From a bacterium (GTDB taxonomy: Bacteria; Bacteroidota; Ignavibacteria; Kapaibacteriales; UBA2268), in assembly GCA_024711295.1 (NCBI GenBank), contig JANJTB010000039.1, positions 8,319 through 72,318 on the forward strand: a stretch of DNA of 64,000 nucleotides, read 5' to 3'. Shown piece after piece: positions 12,901 through 19,789 of the stretch; the first letter of the stretch is position 1; every line of letters begins with the position of its first letter. The notes under the pieces are model-generated. The model had not been told where the DNA came from, searched no databases, and saw nothing but the letters and a program-made list of their open reading frames with translations. Both the position numbers and the translations under genes were made by a program.

Positions 12901-15203
12901 ACTTCTCACCAAGCTTAGTAGGTGCAGGTACTTACACAGTTACTTACACAGTTACTAACGGTACATGTATGGCTTACGAAACTAAGACAATCGTAGTTGA
13001 TGAGCAACCAGTTATCTCCTGGACAGCTACATACGGTCCATACTGTGAAAGTGATGAAAATTCATACGAACTTTCAGCTTATCATACAGTAGGATTCGGC
13101 GAGTACTTAGGTGCAGGTGTATCCGGTGGATACTTCTATCCTGGCGAAGCGGGTGCAGGTACACACGTAATTACTTACACAGTAACTAACGGTACATGCT
13201 CAGTTTACGAAACTAAGACAATCGTAGTTGACGCGCAACCAGTTATTTCCTGGACAGCTACATACGGTCCATACTGCGAAAGTGACGAGTCAATGTATCA
13301 ATTCAATGCTCAGGCATCAATTGGTACTGGCGAGTACACAGGTACAGGCGTATCCGGTGGATACTTCTCACCAAGCGTAGCAGGTGCAGGTACTTACACA
13401 GTTACTTACACAGTAACTAACGGTACATGTATGGCTTACGAAACTAAGACAATCGTAGTTGACGAGCAACCAGTTATTTCCTGGACAGCTACATACGGTC
13501 CATACTGTATTGACGACACCGATGGTTATACTCTTGGTGCATCAGCAACAGTAGGCATTGGAGCATATTCAGGAAATGGCGGAGTATCAGGTGGTACATT
13601 CACTCCAAGTATTGCGGGTGTTGGTACTCATACCATTACTTACACAGTAACTAATGGTACATGCTCTGATTACGAAACTAAGACAATCGTTGTTAATCCA
13701 TTACCAACAGTAAGTGCAGGAACTTATGCTGCAGTTTGTCAAAACACAGCAACATTCACACTTACAGCAGGTACACCTTCCGGTGGTACTTACTCAGGTA
13801 ACGGCGTAGTATCGAATACATTCAACCCGGCTTCTGCAGGCGTTGGTGTACATACATTAACTTACGTTTACACAGATGAAGCAACAGGTTGTACAAACTC
13901 TGCAACAACAACAATCACTGTAAATGCTCTAATTACAGCAAATGCAGGTGCAGATGATGATGCAGAACCGAACGAACTTACATTTACATTGAACGCGAAT
14001 GTTCCTACTCCTGGCACTGGTTTGTGGACAGTTGTTTCTAGCCCTGCTAACTCAAATGTTAACTTTACCGATGCAACACTCTACAACACATTCGTTGAAG
14101 TAGATAAGTCAGGTGATTACACATTCCGTTGGACAATTACAAATGGTGCTTGTTCAAGCTTTGATGATGTAGTAATTAGCTTTGATGCCGGTGCAGTACC
14201 AACTAAATTGGCATTCAACTTTATACCTACACAGGTATCAGGACAAACATTCAGTCTTAATGTAAGAGTTCTCGACCAAAACGACAACATGATTAATACT
14301 CCAAATGCTGTTACATTTACAGTTACAGTTTATGAAGGTGATGCTACATTCTCAAGTACAGTTACAGGTGTTATTGCTGCAAATACAAGCAATAAGTCAG
14401 TTTCAGTTACTTTGAATGCAGATAATCCTAACGTAGGTGCAGCTGATATTCAATTGTTGGCAACAGACGACGCTAACTTACTTGAAGATGGATTCAGCAA
14501 TTGGTTTAACCTTGTTGCTACAATACCAACAACACAAGCTTCAAGTCTTACAATAGTCAGAGGTAGTACTTCATTTGATCTATCATGGTTAAGAGGTAAC
14601 GGTGACGGTGTAATCGTACTTGCTCAGAAGAGTGCATTCACAGTTGCAAATAATCAACCTCAACAGGGTATTTCATATAATAACGAATCTAACTATGGTG
14701 TGGCTGGTAATCTTGTTACAACCGGTATTTATGCAACTTACAGCGGCACAGGTACATCATTCACTTTGGGTAACCTACAAAATGACGGTGTTCGTTATGC
14801 TGTTAAAGTTATGGAATATAAGAGCAGTGGTGTATTGAGATCATACAACCGTACAAATGCTGCAAGTAATTCAAACAACCGTTCTTCAACTACATTGAAG
14901 GGTGGCGTAAATGAGGAATTACCATTTGTTGGTGAAAATATCTTAAGTTCATCATTCATTACTCCTAACCCTGCACGTGACTATATCTCTCTTACAGTTG
15001 ACCTTACTCAGGAAGCTGAATTGAGAATAGCTGTTTACACTGCAGATGGTAAAGAAGTATTGTTACCTGTTAACAACCTCAACTACAACTCAGGTCGTCA
15101 TAACTTCAATATACCGCTTAAGGGCTTGGCAGCAGGTGTTTACTCTGTTGTAATCACTACCGGTAACGAACTTATCATGGACAACGTTGTGGTAATGCCA
15201 TAA
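6906..15203 (+). CDS. Giant (2765 aa) cell-surface adhesin-like protein. It has a signal peptide, FN3-like N- and C-terminal modules, ~30 tandem SprB/Ig-like ~80-aa repeats, and a T9SS C-terminal sorting domain.
   Basis: Signal peptide MKRFISFLIVGVLATLLSINEVFA. FN3-like motifs (NLTPGTQYTVKVFEYNVDGYN at the N-terminus; GVRYAVKVMEYKSSG near the C-terminus). Dozens of repeats carrying GTYT(L/I)TYTY...C signatures reminiscent of SprB/PKD-like Ig repeats. C-terminus ...ITPNPARDYISLTVDL...GVYSVVITTGNELIMDNVVVMP is typical of a type-A T9SS CTD. Confidence 0.85.
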   Translation: MKRFISFLIVGVLATLLSINEVFALPPSTQAYNVTFTTLANGKLRVIATKGNGTHRAIAIEQGATVTGLPSGTYTGDADYLNAPDIDGAGAGLARIVYFGTDRRVDIENLTPGTQYTVKVFEYNVDGYNVADATNNPRSYTTLPAAPALTAATAITSSGFTINWNDPAGTWDGFEITVGLTSNFSSWAAGWNPYSVGAAVNSQAFTGNTNTTYFYRIRSTLGSARSAWNTAATSVTTYPVTATLAEASGAVCLGNSYYLTPTGPTPGDGTNEHKFKVYDSGNNLVNLGGFAYTVIPLTPLSVGTYTYTVATVSNKTGEETPERTTFILYVNEPGTTAVVGDIADICALGTYTLTLTGIQPVNGEGTWTYSGPEGAIIADDNLFNSEVELVNYGVYSFTWTITSEGCNTTSDEVTFNYYATPDLAVAGDDDYYCGLTGLLDGNDPVNGEGTWTYSGPGTITFVDDNLYNTEFTASTYGIYTFTWTIANGTCTPNSDEVVLTIDQEPTEAVAGEDDGICVPTGTTTITYTLAATPVTVGSGEWTAVGGATFDDETSPNAVVTVPTVGTYTLTWTTYSPYYDDESESSCQPSSSEVVLVFSPAIDQAEINETTVLESIECGDLDVQLIANDPAVGNGLWTVSGPQGATYELFFEDFSDAIFVTDTYGTYTLTWTISDPNGVCEDTYEAITFELAPVPDPAIIPNKTEVNFACGKTTTLVAQEVNVGTGTWTVNEETAPEGAQFSFTTNINANTVTFVTDTYGAYNFTWTVVGCTPNNSDNITVTFYNEMAGWTAGEDQTACLGVDLPMTGSTNPTVYTEGIGNPVPNGEWIKVSGPFGVVDFTPDRFTYNATADFPAIGTYVLEWRGYNGPCVVSDTKTVVVVESEVVTFNDLEFSYCNNESNLTASLSATPTGGTFSGSGVSGDIFSPFGLNAGTYTLTYTYNQPAGCTLYDYASVVVTAPTVITWTNTYELCENEGINLTEASPSGGVYSGDGIMEIGGQYGIYPTGPGTYTITYSYENVDGCTSVAENTYVVYPLPVVSFDPETPTIVCQNSGVIDFTEFVSPMGDATCAQSDILQLINDTEVYAFTVYDGSTLSNQNCGTFDPNFEGPGTYTITYYYRDVNTCINTATHVIEVQATPDVYFNIGNEEYCVNDDTNVDLMTYISNYDLCTGGTWTFGGPGVDAQAGTFNPSMTGLTESGPVTINYTYECGFCTVEGYAEVFIEVPTAIEFGDPIFVCNTADDIVPLTGYATPTDGEFIGEGIVLEEGNYSFDPSLVQPGIHTITYTYTTFKNESEIVLCTVSSTFEIEVYALPVVEFVEAPTIVCGNTDYFSFETYVSPEPNCMPVGHEQEIPGGNGEFTYSGEFGGYCGEFNPSQVGVGTYTVTYTYTNENNCTDFATHEFEVVAPPVVTFDGEGTPTFCTTYSDGIDLTIFASPVGGTFSGSGVQGDFFTPSSVGVAGTYTLTYTVTDQLTGCTNFDEMEFVLVAPTPITWTNTYEVCANGSVIELSGDALPVGGTYSGTNVSGGNFDPTGLSVGQYTITYTYDNDYCVTTATKIVYVRQNPDISWPDYPNNNTFCVQSTSVDIRNATPSGGSFTIIPNLGLEITGNPFDPSAVGVGTYTLTYTYINVFGCVDVETKVISIIDEPTSVAFSNPEGSFCNDDETGFDLTTLASPAGGTFAGAGVEGTTFSPFGLNAGTYTLTYSLTHACGDYFDTAEFIVVAPATIVWELNTATVCATETSFDIGGATPTGGTYNGGSIILDGTTFNPSTASVGLHVFTYTYVDGPCESVATLEVEVVPAPVVTWTQTFADYYCANDNSGIALTGAPANGQYTVEPSTNALSLGTFTPSMAEAGTYTITYTVTIGSCSDYATQTIVVAPLPEVSAGVYENVCITASSFTLTAGTPEGGNYSGNGVLSNVFNPASAGVGIHTLTYTYQDPVTLCYNSATTTIQVDEQPVISWTATYGPYCESDESTYQFNAQASIGIGEYSGPGVDGGYFSPSLVGAGTYTVTYTVTNGTCMAYETKTIVVDEQPVISWTATYGPYCESDENSYELSAYHTVGFGEYLGAGVSGGYFYPGEAGAGTHVITYTVTNGTCSVYETKTIVVDAQPVISWTATYGPYCESDESMYQFNAQASIGTGEYTGTGVSGGYFSPSVAGAGTYTVTYTVTNGTCMAYETKTIVVDEQPVISWTATYGPYCIDDTDGYTLGASATVGIGAYSGNGGVSGGTFTPSIAGVGTHTITYTVTNGTCSDYETKTIVVNPLPTVSAGTYAAVCQNTATFTLTAGTPSGGTYSGNGVVSNTFNPASAGVGVHTLTYVYTDEATGCTNSATTTITVNALITANAGADDDAEPNELTFTLNANVPTPGTGLWTVVSSPANSNVNFTDATLYNTFVEVDKSGDYTFRWTITNGACSSFDDVVISFDAGAVPTKLAFNFIPTQVSGQTFSLNVRVLDQNDNMINTPNAVTFTVTVYEGDATFSSTVTGVIAANTSNKSVSVTLNADNPNVGAADIQLLATDDANLLEDGFSNWFNLVATIPTTQASSLTIVRGSTSFDLSWLRGNGDGVIVLAQKSAFTVANNQPQQGISYNNESNYGVAGNLVTTGIYATYSGTGTSFTLGNLQNDGVRYAVKVMEYKSSGVLRSYNRTNAASNSNNRSSTTLKGGVNEELPFVGENILSSSFITPNPARDYISLTVDLTQEAELRIAVYTADGKEVLLPVNNLNYNSGRHNFNIPLKGLAAGVYSVVITTGNELIMDNVVVMP
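12765..13695 (+). repeat. Four in-frame tandem copies of a 231-nt (77-aa) unit inside the giant adhesin gene. Copies 1 and 3 are ~90% identical at DNA level, with >100-nt near-identical stretches at the copy boundaries.
   Basis: Copies begin near 12768, 12998, 13228 and 13458 (gatgaRcaaccagttatYtcctggacagcNacatacggtccatactg...). The protein repeat is VDEQPVISWTATYGPYCESDE...GAGTYTVTYTVTNGTCMAYETKTIVV. Flanking ~70-aa blocks at 12541-12760 and 13690-13910 are also related (APLPEVSAG... / NPLPTVSAG...). Confidence 0.85.
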
Positions 15204-15240
15204 TTTCCGAATCAGTTTAACTGATTAGTCAACAACAATT

Positions 15241-15281
15241 GCGGGCTTTACTCATTGAGTAGAGCCCGCTTTTATTTTTGG
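15241..15281 (+). terminator. Rho-independent terminator after the giant adhesin gene
   Basis: gcgggctttactc / gagtagagcccgc stem (13 bp, 1 mismatch), 3-nt loop, followed by ttttatttttgg. Confidence 0.55.
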
Positions 15282-15347
15282 GAAAATCAAATAAAAAAAA
15301 GTTATAATATTCTATAACTTTTGAATTATTCATATATAAAAATTCTT

Positions 15348-16934
15348 ATGATGAAGAAAATCACTTTTATCATAGCTCTCTTTATTTGCTTTATCTCCTT
15401 TGCTTACTCAAGTGATAAGGATAAATTAATCGAGTTTCAGGCACAGAAATTTAAGTATATGCTCGAGGTTGCAAGTCAGAATTATCCGGATTCTCTTGAT
15501 ATAACTGCTATCAGTGATAAAGCTTTTGCTGCATTAATGCAGGCAGTTGACAAGGAATCTTTCTATTACAACAAACCAAACATGAAACTTGTCACAGAAA
15601 GCAATAAAGGTGTAAGCTACGGAATAGGTGCGGAGCTGGTCAGTGTAAGGGATTCACTTTATATTATTCAGATATTCCCTAATACACCTGCGTACGAAGC
15701 AAATCTTGAAGTAGGAGATATAGTATTGTCTGTTGACGGCAGGTCAACATTAAAGATGATGAAAGTTGATGCAGATAAACTTGTATCCGGAGACTCAGCC
15801 ACGAGCGTAACTCTGGAAATAAAGAATGTAATAAGCGAAAAAATAAGAAAAGTAAAGCTTATCCGAAAAGATGTACCCAACAGAAGCTTGACTACAGCAT
15901 ATTTTTATCCGAAGTCTGATATAGGTATTTTTGTTCTGAACAGATTTTCAGCAAAGGCCGCTGAGGAATTTCGACAGAAAGCAGAATTGTTTATAAGTCT
16001 AGGAATGAAACGACTAATTATTGATGTCAGGAATAATCCTGGTGGTTTCATGGTGATGGTAGATGAGATACTTGATATGCTGATTTCCGGTAACAGATTA
16101 TTGACAAAAGTAGTTTCTGGGAATAAAGAGTTTAACTCGGAAGTTTACTCGATGAATGGTGGGTTTCTCGAAAAAATTCCTGTTGTTGTGATTGTCGACG
16201 AGAACTCTGCATCAGGTAGTGAATTGTTGGCAGGTGTTGTACAGGATTACGACCGTGGAATAGTTGTTGGTAAAAGGTCTTACGGCAAAGGTTCAATCCA
16301 AAGGATATGGTCTATGAACGACTCTACAGGATTTAAGCTAACCGTAGGTAAATATTTAACTCCATCAGGCAGAGATATTCAGAAGAAAGCCGGAGAAAAT
16401 ATATCAATAGAGCCAACACTTGACACAAATATTAAGTTTGATGATATTCAAAATCAGATTAACAAATTAGGAGGTATTGCTGAAGTAAAAATATATAAAT
16501 CTACTTCAGGAAGACCGATTATCGGTGGGGGAGGAGTAACTCCTGATTATTTTGTAGATGCAGATACTCTTACTCAGTTAACCAATTTGTTGATTCGAAA
16601 AGGACTTTATTTTGAGTGGGCAATAAGCTACAAAAAAAAGCATGGAAAAGAACTAAAAGAAAAATATGGCAATGATTATTCGAAATTTAATTTAGATTTT
16701 CAGATTAATGATGAAATGTTGCGAGAATTTGCTAATTTTGCACTTCAAAATAAGGTATGGAATAATGAAATGTTTACGGCAGACAAATCTTATTTCATAA
16801 ATTATATGAAAGCGAGCATAGCAAATGTAATTTGGGGATATGATGCATTTTCGGAAGTTATGTGTATCGTGGATAAGCAAATTACAGCAGCAATAAAAAA
16901 GTTACCCGAAGCAGAACAAATGATTTACAAATAA
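15348..16934 (+). CDS. ctp: S41-family C-terminal processing peptidase (tail-specific protease) with a PDZ domain
   Basis: Signal/anchor KKITFIIALFICFISFA. PDZ-like GDIVLSVDG. S41 motifs IIDVRNNPGG, ...ENSASGSELLAG, RSYGKGSIQ (catalytic Ser/Lys regions). ATG at 15348 is preferred over the upstream in-frame Met at 15321. Confidence 0.85.
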   Translation: MMKKITFIIALFICFISFAYSSDKDKLIEFQAQKFKYMLEVASQNYPDSLDITAISDKAFAALMQAVDKESFYYNKPNMKLVTESNKGVSYGIGAELVSVRDSLYIIQIFPNTPAYEANLEVGDIVLSVDGRSTLKMMKVDADKLVSGDSATSVTLEIKNVISEKIRKVKLIRKDVPNRSLTTAYFYPKSDIGIFVLNRFSAKAAEEFRQKAELFISLGMKRLIIDVRNNPGGFMVMVDEILDMLISGNRLLTKVVSGNKEFNSEVYSMNGGFLEKIPVVVIVDENSASGSELLAGVVQDYDRGIVVGKRSYGKGSIQRIWSMNDSTGFKLTVGKYLTPSGRDIQKKAGENISIEPTLDTNIKFDDIQNQINKLGGIAEVKIYKSTSGRPIIGGGGVTPDYFVDADTLTQLTNLLIRKGLYFEWAISYKKKHGKELKEKYGNDYSKFNLDFQINDEMLREFANFALQNKVWNNEMFTADKSYFINYMKASIANVIWGYDAFSEVMCIVDKQITAAIKKLPEAEQMIYK

Positions 16935-16953
16935 AGATATTTTGGAGAATATA

Positions 16954-17796
16954 ATGAGTACAACAAAAAAAATTATATTATGGGTTGCAGCAATTGTTTT
17001 AATGGTAGTCATAGTGATATATCAGCGAGCAACTGGCCCGACATACCCGCAAAAAGGTTCAATGGAACTTAGTGGATCGGAGATAAATTATAAATTGCTT
17101 CGGTCCCACGAAATAGGAATGAATGCACCTGTAGAGGTTGTTGCTCCTGATAAAGCGGTTATTGGCAAAATTAAAATTAAAAGGTATAAAAGCCATGATG
17201 AATGGTCAGAACTTGATATGATTCGCGAAGGTGATTTGTTGAAATCTGAACTTCCTGAGCAGTTGCCTGCAGGTAAAGTAATGTACCACATTTTTGTTGG
17301 CAAGGATGATAATAACTTAACAGCACTTACCCCTGAGCCTATAGTTCTAAGATACAAAGGTGTTGTACCGTTATGGATTTTGTACCCTCACATTGGATTT
17401 ATGATTTTATCATTTGCTTTTGCTATGCGTGTTGCTTTGGAAGCTGCATTCAAAGGCAGTGAGGTGCTAAAAATGTCTTATATTACATTGGGATTATTTG
17501 CATTTGGTGGATTAGTTCTCGGACCATTGGTACAGTGGTACGCATTTGGTGCTTTTTGGACTGGTTGGCCATTTGGAAAAACTATCTTACATTTTGGTGA
17601 TTTGACTGATAACAAAACACTTGCTTCAATTTTAATCTGGATATTTGCAATTATTCGTATCAAAAAGCATCCTAATCAAACATGGTGGGCTTGGTTGGCT
17701 ACACTTGTAATGATAGCAGTATATCTTATCCCGCATAGCATGTTAGGCTCGGAAATTGATTTCAGAGAAGTTGAAGCTCAAACAGGAGTAAACTAA
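16954..17796 (+). CDS. Integral membrane protein of unknown function, with an N-terminal anchor, a ~130-aa extracytoplasmic segment and a multi-pass C-terminal region
   Basis: GGAG Shine-Dalgarno 7 nt before the ATG at 16954 (MSTTKKIILWVAAIVLMVVIVIY). Several hydrophobic helices in the C-terminal half. 19-nt gap from ctp and 2-nt gap to the next gene suggest an operon. Confidence 0.5.
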   Translation: MSTTKKIILWVAAIVLMVVIVIYQRATGPTYPQKGSMELSGSEINYKLLRSHEIGMNAPVEVVAPDKAVIGKIKIKRYKSHDEWSELDMIREGDLLKSELPEQLPAGKVMYHIFVGKDDNNLTALTPEPIVLRYKGVVPLWILYPHIGFMILSFAFAMRVALEAAFKGSEVLKMSYITLGLFAFGGLVLGPLVQWYAFGAFWTGWPFGKTILHFGDLTDNKTLASILIWIFAIIRIKKHPNQTWWAWLATLVMIAVYLIPHSMLGSEIDFREVEAQTGVN

Positions 17797-17798
17797 TA

Positions 17799-18941
17799 AT
17801 GGAATTCTTCAAATATTATAATCCAACCAGAATAATTTTCGGTAAAAATACTATTTCTGAAATTGGAGAATACATCAAAGAGTATGGATATAATAAAGTA
17901 CTTATTCTATATGGTGGCGGCTCAATTTTTAGTAATGGAGTATATTCTGAAGTGTCAAAGTCCTTGCAACTCAATGATATTATTTCTGTCGAATTCGGGG
18001 GAGTACAGCCAAATCCTACTCTCGATCATGCAAGAGCAGCAATCAGAATTATTAAGGATAATAATATACAGGCAATTTTAGCTGTTGGAGGTGGTTCTGT
18101 AATTGATGAGGCTAAATCTATTGCTGCAGGTTGTTATGTTGATGATGTTTGGAATATCTTTGAGAAAACTGAATCAGTAAAGAAAGCTTTACCTTTATTT
18201 ACCGTTCTGACATTATCTGCAACCGGTACCGAAATGAATTCATTTGCAGTATTGTCTAATACTGAACAAAAGAAGAAATGGGCGTTTGGATCACCATTCT
18301 CATATCCACTTGTATCAATCATTGATCCTCAGGTTCAGATGACGCTCCCATGGCGTCAGACTGTGAATGGTGGTGTGGATGCTTTATCTCATATTATGGA
18401 ATTGTATTTCGCCGGTGATTCGGCAGAGGCAACACTTTCTATCAATGAAGCGCTTATGCGAACTGTAATCAAGTCAGTTGACGAACTTCAAAAGGACCCA
18501 AATGATTATGATTCAAGAGCAAATCTTGCATGGTCAGCTTCTCTGGCTCTTTCTGGATTAACTGCTGTCGGGATGAATGGTGGTGAGTGGAGCGTACACA
18601 GAATTGAACATTCAATAAGTGCTTATTACCCAAATGTTGCTCACGCCGAAGGTTTAGCTGTAATTTTTCCGGCATGGATGAAATACGTTAATAAACAAAA
18701 CTCAGAAAGATTTGAAAGATGGGCTAAGAATGTTTTTGGAGTAGATTCAATAAATGAAGGAATTGATGCCTTGATAAATACATTCAAAAGGTGGGGTGCT
18801 CCTACATCACTTGCCGATCTCAATGTACCATCTGAAATGATCGAACAAATCGCTCAAAATTCAATGCTTCTTGGAATAGTTGGGAATAAACATAAAATCG
18901 ATCTTGATGCCTCCAGAAGTATTCTTAACCTTGCATTATAA
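17799..18941 (+). CDS. Iron-containing (group III) alcohol dehydrogenase family protein
   Basis: Fe-ADH signatures: ILYGGGS, GGGSVIDEAKSIAAG (NAD(P)-binding GGGS motif). Conserved His-rich metal site region (...HIMELYF..., EWSVHRIEHS). Confidence 0.85.
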   Translation: MEFFKYYNPTRIIFGKNTISEIGEYIKEYGYNKVLILYGGGSIFSNGVYSEVSKSLQLNDIISVEFGGVQPNPTLDHARAAIRIIKDNNIQAILAVGGGSVIDEAKSIAAGCYVDDVWNIFEKTESVKKALPLFTVLTLSATGTEMNSFAVLSNTEQKKKWAFGSPFSYPLVSIIDPQVQMTLPWRQTVNGGVDALSHIMELYFAGDSAEATLSINEALMRTVIKSVDELQKDPNDYDSRANLAWSASLALSGLTAVGMNGGEWSVHRIEHSISAYYPNVAHAEGLAVIFPAWMKYVNKQNSERFERWAKNVFGVDSINEGIDALINTFKRWGAPTSLADLNVPSEMIEQIAQNSMLLGIVGNKHKIDLDASRSILNLAL

Positions 18942-18962
18942 TTTGATCAAAGGGCTGATTTT

Positions 18963-19778
18963 TCAGCCCTTTTTCTTATCGTTCCAATCTTTTATAATTT
19001 TACTGATTATATCTAATCCATCAGTCAAACTCGCAGGACCTGGTTGTAAAATGATTGCAGAGTCAATTTCATGAATCTCGTTGTGAATTACTGCAGTAAG
19101 ATCTTCCCATTTTTCTCTTTTAAGCATGGTTTTTTTTCTGAATGGCTTACCACACCATGATACAAAAATTATGTCAGGATTATGTTTTACAATTTCATTA
19201 CTATTTTCAATAATTCTATCCTTTGCAGCCTGATGAATTCTGTTCTCAGCAAAAATATCGTCTCCACCGCATACTTCAATTATTTCGCTAACCCAACAAA
19301 TACCTGAAATAATTGGATTAAACCATTCCTCAAAATATACTTTAGGTCTATAAAGGTTTTTATCGCTTAACATTTTAGTATGACTTATTTTATTGATTAA
19401 TTCCTCAACTAACATTTCTGCCTCGTTTAATTTTCCTACAACAGCTCCTAGCCTTAATATCATTGAAAGAATTCCATTGATATCCCTGTGATTAAAATTG
19501 TAATATTCAATTCCACTCTTAATCAAATCCTTAGCTATATCAGCCTGTAAGTCTGACCATCCCAAAACGATATCTGGTTTTAGATTTATGATGTTTTCAA
19601 TATTTGCATCTAAAAATCTGGATACTATTGGCTTTTCTGCTCTTGCCTGAGGAGGTCTTACAGTATATTCGGTAATTCCCACAATCAGGTCTGAAGCACC
19701 AATTGTGTAAAGAGTTTCGGTTGTCTCTTCAGTTAGGCAAACTATTCTTTTCGGCAAAGATGGTTTCAAATTAATCAT
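18963..19778 (-). CDS. TroA-like / cobalamin-type ABC substrate-binding-fold protein (helical-backbone metal/B12 receptor family). No signal peptide is evident.
   Basis: IVCLTEETTETLYTIGASDLIVGIT...NIENIINLKPDIVLGW...DLIKSGIEYYNF pattern of BtuF/FecB-like class III binding proteins. The N-terminus MINLKPSLPKRIV is not hydrophobic. Confidence 0.55.
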   Translation of the reverse strand: MINLKPSLPKRIVCLTEETTETLYTIGASDLIVGITEYTVRPPQARAEKPIVSRFLDANIENIINLKPDIVLGWSDLQADIAKDLIKSGIEYYNFNHRDINGILSMILRLGAVVGKLNEAEMLVEELINKISHTKMLSDKNLYRPKVYFEEWFNPIISGICWVSEIIEVCGGDDIFAENRIHQAAKDRIIENSNEIVKHNPDIIFVSWCGKPFRKKTMLKREKWEDLTAVIHNEIHEIDSAIILQPGPASLTDGLDIISKIIKDWNDKKKG

Positions 19779-19789
19779 TTTAAATGCTT

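Noticed and set aside
7035-14838. Multiple 60-80-aa antisense or alternative-frame ORFs inside the 2765-aa adhesin gene (e.g. 7035-7250, 10917-11293, 11668-11968, 14620-14838)
   Set aside because: The repetitive Thr/Gly-rich coding sequence generates open frames on other strands and frames by chance. None has an RBS or recognisable domain.
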